This document shows positions 58,901-64,000 of a stretch of 64,000 nt of DNA, piece by piece. Source of the stretch: an uncultured virus (IMG/VR IMGVR_UViG_3300031646_000001) (lineage: Duplodnaviria > Heunggongvirae > Uroviricota > Caudoviricetes). The notes under the pieces were generated by a model that made no database searches, was not told where the DNA came from, and saw only the letters and a list, made by a program, of their open reading frames with translations. The DNA is taken from the IMG/VR virus record IMGVR_UViG_3300031646_000001. One strand, given 5' to 3'. Positions within the stretch are counted from its first letter, which is position 1. Every line of letters begins with the position of its first letter. A program made the position numbers and the translations under genes.

Positions 58901-59309
58901 GTTAATGGCATACAAAGATGAATATGAAGTAGCCCGTATTTGGAGTGCAACACCTGAAATTAACAAATATAAAACAATTAAATTTCATATGTGCTTGCCT
59001 TGGAATCGAAAGTCACAAAAGAAAACAAGAATAGGCACGTGGGCAAAATATGTATTTGCTGTATTACAACATGGTAAAAAACTTAGAGGTAAAATATATG
59101 ATCCTCTTGGATTTACATATGAACGAAGGCTGGAAAGAAAAATAAGAGATTGCTATATTTTGTTGGTTGAAGAGTGGATCAAAAATATTAAGACGGATAA
59201 CTATAGTAATACAGAAAGACTAGCAAAACTCCCTGATAACATTAGAGGATATGGACATATTAAGTTAGCAAGTATTTGTAATTGTGAATTATTTAAGGAC
59301 GTAATATGA
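55956..59309 (+). CDS. ior: Fused indolepyruvate/phenylpyruvate:ferredoxin oxidoreductase family protein (IorA-IorB fusion)
   Basis: GYRGSPLG, WYGKGPGVDRSGD, GDDHSNKSST, FCSGCPHN, GIGCHYM, TPP motif GDGTYFHSG...NDAVAMTGGQ, Fe-S CENCGDC/CLEGFCP, GIGGTGV, GLAQK, KLMAYKDEYEVAR, IRGYGHIK. Confidence 0.93.
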   Translation: MFNLNDRYIVSSGEFVLSGVQAIVKLSLLQKELDKKNGLNTAGYVTGYRGSPLGTVDKEFLAQRDLLTKNNITFHPSINEDIAVATLQGTQQLGIVSKATVDGVFGFWYGKGPGVDRSGDQFKHTSFFGTSQYGGCLAFAGDDHSNKSSTIPHETGPTFKTWRIPVITPATVEDVIRLGLMGIAMSRYSGLWSSMKIISNLADAYQTVSINLDSWKPNIPNNPPVVFDVHARWPDLGVEQEARITEQKLPALQEFMRYNMFDSYNLPKETHMRFSSDNRVGIVAVGKSYVDTLTAMQKLGITTDDVGLYKVGIAWPLHEEHLINFCTSYHDILVVEEKSGLVEDQLYKLLYNKQHKCNSSRDQIKIHGKNLLPQNLDFDAYEIAKALQELFDKTGGVWGWGIGNADGGKKALDVKLDDSYESVEKREPHFCSGCPHNSSTVLPEGSKALIGIGCHYMTAWMPDRPSVTLMPMGGEGANWIAAQHYQEAKHVFVNLGDGTYFHSGLLAIRASVAADSTITYKILYNDAVAMTGGQPIDGDLSVARICEQVMAEGVKDVAVVTVDGYANEILPRGVTLHSKDEYIQLQKSYTKIKGTSVIVFDQQCATEKRRKRKRGLQPLAEEFVWINSAVCENCGDCSTQSNCLSIIPTETKLGTKRQIDYDNCNYSYDCLEGFCPSFATIKGRKPAVELVKPKFPKLVNYLHPKISKPERYNILVAGIGGTGVISTSQMMCVASHIDGIKVISTDQTGLAQKYGAVTSTISLGEKAFGRMFPKSCDVVIGIDPQVTAMEDSMRFIGPNTTVILNKSLAANAEIIRNRDWKLELDDIVNVLKTQCKEVIIIDASNYAKKITGNAVMVNMLMLGYAYEKCLLPYSEKAMIKAIEANGVAVDSNKNAWMIGRQSATVEGHGAIERSLNPEVKDTFYSAMYHRHELLKKYQDEEYANIYLDIVTRAKLKEDFLNSGTHSHFNTEFSEAVMRNLYKLMAYKDEYEVARIWSATPEINKYKTIKFHMCLPWNRKSQKKTRIGTWAKYVFAVLQHGKKLRGKIYDPLGFTYERRLERKIRDCYILLVEEWIKNIKTDNYSNTERLAKLPDNIRGYGHIKLASICNCELFKDVI

Positions 59310-59722
59310 AGTTGCAAGGATTACATCATTTTGCGTGGAAGTGCCGAAACGCAGATGAAACGATACATTTTTATTCACATATCTTAAAACTTCCACACGT
59401 TCATACTATCGAAAAGGATCATGTTCCGAGTACAGGAGCATATGCACCTTATAAACATATTTTCTTCCAAATGGAAGATGGCAGTAATATTGCTTTTTTT
59501 GATTTAGGTGATAATAAAGGAACCACAACAGATTGTGATGATTGGGTAGTGCATTTTGCTTTTAATGTTAGTACAAAAGAAGATGTTGATAATTGGTGTC
59601 AATATTTAAAAAATAATAATATAGATGTTATAGGCCCTACTAATCATGATGATTGGATTTATAGCATTTATTTTTTCGATCCTAATGGATTGAGATTAGA
59701 GATTACAACACAGATAAACTAG
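59306..59722 (+). CDS. VOC/glyoxalase-superfamily metalloenzyme
   Basis: LHHFAW...HIFF...HFAF...SIYFFDPNGLRLEIT (His/His/Glu ligands); ATGA overlap with ior. Confidence 0.88.
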   Translation: MKLQGLHHFAWKCRNADETIHFYSHILKLPHVHTIEKDHVPSTGAYAPYKHIFFQMEDGSNIAFFDLGDNKGTTTDCDDWVVHFAFNVSTKEDVDNWCQYLKNNNIDVIGPTNHDDWIYSIYFFDPNGLRLEITTQIN

Positions 59723-59738
59723 TATATGGAAATATTAA

Positions 59739-60497
59739 ATGACAGGCGGCCGAATAAAAGATTCAAGTAGTGTAAAAATAACACAGTTTTGTGATGGGAG
59801 CGCATATTTAATTCATGCGGAAAGAGTTCGAAAATCACGCGGAGAAGAATTACCTGAGCAATTGAGAACAGATCCGTTAATGTACCAAGGCGTTAGCGAT
59901 AAATTTTTAGAATATAACGAACCAATATATCCTTATAAAGAGGCATATGGTTTAGATTTTGAAGCAGAAGTTGGTGTAATTTTAGATGATACCCCAATGG
60001 GGGTATCTGTATCCGAAGCAACAGAATATATTAAATATGTTACAATTATTAATGACATTAGTTTGCGTAAATTAATACCTGCAGAATTAGCAAAAGGTTT
60101 TGGATTTTTACAAGGAAAACCTCATAGTTCCCTTGGATTAAAATGTATTCCTTTGCGTTTTTTAAATGGCACTTGGAAAGAACATGATGCTGTATTAGAT
60201 GCAGACTTGGTTATTAATTATAATGGTGAGGAATTTGGTAGAATTAATACTGCAAATATGGATTTTAATTTTGCACAACTAATTTCACATGCGGCAAAAA
60301 CTCGTCCATTGTCTTCAGGAACATTGATAGGAAGCGGCACTGTAAGCTCTCATGATCTTTCTGACGGTTATGGTTGTTTATTAGAACGCAATGTAGTTGA
60401 AAGCATTAATGAATTTATGAATCCCGGCGATACAATTAAAATGTATATAGTTGGATATGAAGATACATTAATTATAGATCAACAAGTTGCTTTCTAG
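59739..60497 (+). CDS. Fumarylacetoacetate hydrolase family protein (appears N-terminally shortened)
   Basis: DGSAYLIH..VRK.RG...DPLMYQG.SD, DFEAEV, NDISLR.LIP.ELAKGFGFLQGKP, GTLIGSGTVS. Confidence 0.88.
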   Translation: MTGGRIKDSSSVKITQFCDGSAYLIHAERVRKSRGEELPEQLRTDPLMYQGVSDKFLEYNEPIYPYKEAYGLDFEAEVGVILDDTPMGVSVSEATEYIKYVTIINDISLRKLIPAELAKGFGFLQGKPHSSLGLKCIPLRFLNGTWKEHDAVLDADLVINYNGEEFGRINTANMDFNFAQLISHAAKTRPLSSGTLIGSGTVSSHDLSDGYGCLLERNVVESINEFMNPGDTIKMYIVGYEDTLIIDQQVAF

Positions 60498-60525
60498 GTA
60501 AATACTACTGTATAGAGGGACACAG

Positions 60526-61278
60526 ATGCCACGAAAACCTACTTTAGCACGAAATGAAGTTATTCAGCGTTTAACAACACGTCTCGGCGGCGGCATGGTT
60601 GATGTGGAATTAGATCCAGATCATTATAATGTTGCTATCGATAGAGCAATTGATCGCTATAGACAGCGATCATCTAATGCTACCGAAGAAAGCGGAATGT
60701 TTTTAACGTTGCAACCAGACATAACAGAGTATATTCTACCAAATGAAGTATTAGAAGTACGTAAGTTATATAGACGTGCTATAGGCAGTGATTCTGGCAC
60801 AGGCGCTGGAATAGATCCATTTGATATGGCATTTACAAATCTTTATATTTTGCAAGCAGGCCGCGTTGGCGGCGTCGCTTTATATGATGCATTTACTCAA
60901 TACCAAGAAGTTGTAGGTAGAATTTTTGGTAGCGAAACAAATTTTATGTGGCATCCTAATACACACAAGTTAGAAATTATTCGAAGAGTAAAGAATGAAG
61001 AAAGCATTCTTTTACATGTTCATAACGAAAAACCAGAGAATGAAGTATTAAGAGATCGTAGAAGTAGATTATGGTTAGAGGATTATGCTTTGGCAAATTG
61101 TAAAATTATGTTAGGAGAAGCAAGAGGAAAATATCAATCCTTACCTGGTGCAGCCGGCGGCGTAGCCTTAAATGGCGAGACTTTAAAACAAGAAGGCCAA
61201 GCCGAGTTAGATCGGCTCGAAATGGAAATTACTCGTTACGGAGACGGCGGCGAACCACCTACTTTTATAATCGGTTAA
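60526..61278 (+). CDS. gp13: Neck protein gp13-like
   Basis: RLGGGMVDVELDPDHY, WLEDYALANCKIMLGEARGKY..LPGAAGGVALNGETLK; TAAATA at 60499-60504. Confidence 0.85.
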   Translation: MPRKPTLARNEVIQRLTTRLGGGMVDVELDPDHYNVAIDRAIDRYRQRSSNATEESGMFLTLQPDITEYILPNEVLEVRKLYRRAIGSDSGTGAGIDPFDMAFTNLYILQAGRVGGVALYDAFTQYQEVVGRIFGSETNFMWHPNTHKLEIIRRVKNEESILLHVHNEKPENEVLRDRRSRLWLEDYALANCKIMLGEARGKYQSLPGAAGGVALNGETLKQEGQAELDRLEMEITRYGDGGEPPTFIIG

Positions 61279-61287
61279 GGAGTTCAA

Positions 61288-61557
61288 ATGTTACCAACCG
61301 ATTCCCGGGCCGAATGGCCCTATATAAATAAACCTCCCCAATATGGCACTATGGATGATCTGTCCACTGCTGATTTACTACAACTTGAAAAATTAATTTT
61401 AAATACATTAAAAGGAAATACAAATAGAGGACCAACGTATGGTGAGTTTTCTATTGTAGGACTTAATGGTTGGTTAAACGAGTGTCGTAGTATTTTACAA
61501 AAACGTAAGTATAAAAGTTCTTATAAAATATTAAAAAATATGGTGTTAACTGCTTGA
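61288..61557 (+). CDS. Hypothetical protein
   Basis: 89-aa ORF with AAGGAG RBS. Confidence 0.6.
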   Translation: MLPTDSRAEWPYINKPPQYGTMDDLSTADLLQLEKLILNTLKGNTNRGPTYGEFSIVGLNGWLNECRSILQKRKYKSSYKILKNMVLTA

Positions 61558-61582
61558 CATAGACTAAGAATAATGTTATTAT
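61554..61582 (+). promoter_or_regulatory. Sigma70-type promoter for the dNMP kinase
   Basis: TTGACA-17 nt-TATTAT ending 6 nt before ATG 61589. Confidence 0.6.
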
Positions 61583-61588
61583 AATATT

Positions 61589-62278
61589 ATGATTATTGGG
61601 TTATCTGGATTAGCAGGTAGTGGTAAAGATACAGTAGCATCTTTTATTGCTGAAAAGCACGAATTTGATAGAGTAAGTTTTGCCGGCGCCTTAAAAGATG
61701 CTACGGCCGCAGTTTTTTCCTGGCCGCGAGAATTACTTGAAGGCGACACAAATGAAAGTAGAGATTGGCGAGAACAAGTAGACACTTATTGGAGTGCAAA
61801 GTTTGGTTATGCTGTTACTCCTCGGACAATTCTTCAACAGTTTGGTACAAATGTATGCAGAGAACATTTAAATGATAATATCTGGATTTATTGTGTAGAG
61901 AAAAAATTACAAGAAAATAACAAAAATAAATTAAATACAGTAATTACAGATGTGCGGTTTCCAAATGAAATAAAAATGATTAAACAGGCCGGCGGAAAGT
62001 GTTTTCATGTTAAACGTGGCCCAGAGCCTAAATGGTGGCACTTGGCAAAGGCAGCAAATGGGTTAGAAGAAAATTTTAAAAATGATGTCATGTTCGAAGG
62101 AGATAGTGCTGTAATTTCTAATAAATTAGAGATTGAATATAATCTCCATATTAGTGAGTGGGCCTGGGTCGGGTCTTCGTTTGATAGTGTAATAAATAAT
62201 AATAGTACATTAGAGGCGTTAGATGAAAAAGTAACCAATCTATTAGCCGTTTATGATTTCTTTGGCAAGGATATATAG
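61589..62278 (+). CDS. gp1: Deoxynucleoside monophosphate kinase (T4 gp1-like)
   Basis: IIGLSGLAGSGKDT P-loop, SFAGALKD, TPRTILQQFGT, ITDVRFPNE. Confidence 0.9.
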   Translation: MIIGLSGLAGSGKDTVASFIAEKHEFDRVSFAGALKDATAAVFSWPRELLEGDTNESRDWREQVDTYWSAKFGYAVTPRTILQQFGTNVCREHLNDNIWIYCVEKKLQENNKNKLNTVITDVRFPNEIKMIKQAGGKCFHVKRGPEPKWWHLAKAANGLEENFKNDVMFEGDSAVISNKLEIEYNLHISEWAWVGSSFDSVINNNSTLEALDEKVTNLLAVYDFFGKDI

Positions 62279-62316
62279 TCAGCCAGTAATTAACGTAATA
62301 TAGAATGATGAAAGGC

Positions 62317-62340
62317 AACCGGCTATATAGTCGGTTTTAT
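62317..62340 (+). terminator. Probable terminator
   Basis: AACCGGCT-atat-AGTCGGTT followed by TTAT. Confidence 0.55.
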
Positions 62341-62406
62341 AATGATTTCCAATAAATACTGTTAACAACTTATATAAGTTATTATTAAGTTTAAGGGGAA
62401 AGATAA

Positions 62407-64000
62407 ATGCCAACATTAGTATCACCGGGCGTATCGGTTAGCGTAATCGATGAGTCCTTTTACGGATCCGCTGGTTCCGGTACTATACCTTTAATTGTAT
62501 TCGCAACGGCTGCCACTAAGGCACACCCAAGCGGCACAGGTACAGCAACTGGTACAACAGCGATCACAGATGAAGTAAAACTTATTACTTCACAACGAGA
62601 ACTAATTCAAACATATGGCGATCCTTCCTTCAGGTCGGTTAGCGGAACACAAATTCATGCTGATAATCAGAATGAATATGGTCTATTAGCGGCACATAGT
62701 TACCTAGGAATTGCAAACAGAGCATATATGCTTCGTGCAAATCTTGATTTAGGTCAACTAGGTGCGGCTTCGACTGCTCCAGCCGGCGCACCTGTTAATG
62801 GTACACACTGGTTAGATTTAACAACATCTACGATGGGCGTTTTTTCTTACAATGCGGGAACAGCAACTTGGGTTGCACAAACTGCATCTAAGTTAAACGC
62901 ATCCACTGAGGTTGATGCTGGTACCGGTGCACCGTTAAATAGTATCGGCCTGGACGGAGCGTTCGCATGGGTTGCAACTGTAGGTGGCAATGCTCATAAT
63001 AGAATCTGGAACAAAGTAAGTGGTGTTTGGTATCACTTAGGTACAGATACTTGGAGAGCAGCCGCATCAAAAGACTTTCAGTTTGCCGCACATACTGCCA
63101 TACCAACTGTAAAATCAACAGAAGGTGGCGGCGGTGCATTAGCAACCGGCGATGTATGGATTAAAACAACAGAATTCAATAACGGTACAAAAATGGTAGT
63201 GAAATCATATGATACATCTACCAAGAAATGGACCACAATTACTTGCCCAGTATTAGCAGATACAACCGCGGCTTGGACAAATTTTACAACTCCAGTTGCA
63301 GGTAACTTGTTTGCTAAGTACAATCACGAGCAAGGAGCACACACTTTAAAAGTTGCATCACATTCAATTTTACGATTTAATGGTAGTGCAACACTAGCAG
63401 TTACAGGTAGTGCCAATCCAGCACCAACTGCAACGCACACAATGGTAATTAATGGTACAACCGTTACGTACTCATCGAGTGCAGATTCAGCAGTTATTAG
63501 GACGGCAGCACTTGTTAATTCGGCGGCGATCACAAATATTACCGCTAGTGTAGCAAGTAACAAACTAGTTATTACAAATACAGCAGGTAAGGACATTGTT
63601 CTTGCCGCGGGTTCAGGGACTTTGATTACTGATTTAGGTCTAACCGCAGGAACAAGTTCAAACTGGGTTGCACTCAGTTATGAGCCAAATTTAAATACTC
63701 CAGTTGGTGCCACACCTAATGGTACATTATGGTATGATAGCAGAATTACTACAGTAGATTTGCTTGAAACATATGATAATGCAGGTGTGACAACATGGAG
63801 AACATTTAGTGGTACATTAACACCATCGGCATCAAAACCAACAACACCTTCTGCAGGTGATATATGGATTGATACAACTGACACTGAAAATTATCCACTA
63901 ATGTACAAATATAATGGTACAACATCTGTTTGGGATGTTATTGATAAGACAGACCAGACAACTAGCGAAGGTATTATATTTGGCGATTTCCGAGAAACTG
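62407..64000 (+). CDS. gp18: Tail sheath protein (N-terminal part, truncated by window end; absent from ORF track)
   Basis: MPTLVSPGVSVSVIDESFYG...LITSQRELIQTYGDPSF...NEYGLLAAHSYLGIANRAYMLRA; TAAATA at 62353-62358 and GGGG RBS. Confidence 0.9.
   Translation, partial: MPTLVSPGVSVSVIDESFYGSAGSGTIPLIVFATAATKAHPSGTGTATGTTAITDEVKLITSQRELIQTYGDPSFRSVSGTQIHADNQNEYGLLAAHSYLGIANRAYMLRANLDLGQLGAASTAPAGAPVNGTHWLDLTTSTMGVFSYNAGTATWVAQTASKLNASTEVDAGTGAPLNSIGLDGAFAWVATVGGNAHNRIWNKVSGVWYHLGTDTWRAAASKDFQFAAHTAIPTVKSTEGGGGALATGDVWIKTTEFNNGTKMVVKSYDTSTKKWTTITCPVLADTTAAWTNFTTPVAGNLFAKYNHEQGAHTLKVASHSILRFNGSATLAVTGSANPAPTATHTMVINGTTVTYSSSADSAVIRTAALVNSAAITNITASVASNKLVITNTAGKDIVLAAGSGTLITDLGLTAGTSSNWVALSYEPNLNTPVGATPNGTLWYDSRITTVDLLETYDNAGVTTWRTFSGTLTPSASKPTTPSAGDIWIDTTDTENYPLMYKYNGTTSVWDVIDKTDQTTSEGIIFGDFRET

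Noticed and set aside
55956..60497. Host chromosomal contamination or prophage boundary
   Set aside because: Composition matches the phage, late-promoter motifs precede it, phage genes flank both sides, and no integrase or att-like features were seen

Overview
This AT-rich window is part of a large T4-like (myovirus, probably jumbo) phage genome and covers most of the virion morphogenesis region. It encodes baseplate proteins (gp6, gp25, gp5-lysozyme, hub, gp53), the gp55 late sigma factor, the gp47/gp46 nuclease, a Holliday junction resolvase, a gp26/gp51-like chaperone and a tape measure protein. It also encodes portal, scaffold, protease and major capsid proteins, three fibre-like proteins, neck proteins gp13/14/15, a dNMP kinase and the start of the tail sheath. 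Two large genes that run off the window ends are missing from the ORF track (1..6081 minus, 62407..64000 plus). Five features stand out. (1) A ~550-nt, promoter-driven, highly base-paired non-coding element lies at ~27896-28455. (2) A predicted programmed -1 frameshift (T-TTT-TTC plus a hairpin) fuses the gp26-like and gp51-like frames. (3) A phage-borne aromatic-amino-acid catabolism cassette (fused indolepyruvate:ferredoxin oxidoreductase, VOC enzyme, FAH hydrolase) sits between the neck genes. (4) An SbmA/BacA peptide transporter is followed by a radical SAM, GNAT-like, 2OG-hydroxylase and heme-oxygenase-like diiron enzyme cassette. (5) The largest fibre gene has a ~200-nt structured leader. 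A TAAATA late-promoter motif precedes the structural genes and also the enzyme cassettes. All assignments come from motif recognition by eye; no database searches were run.
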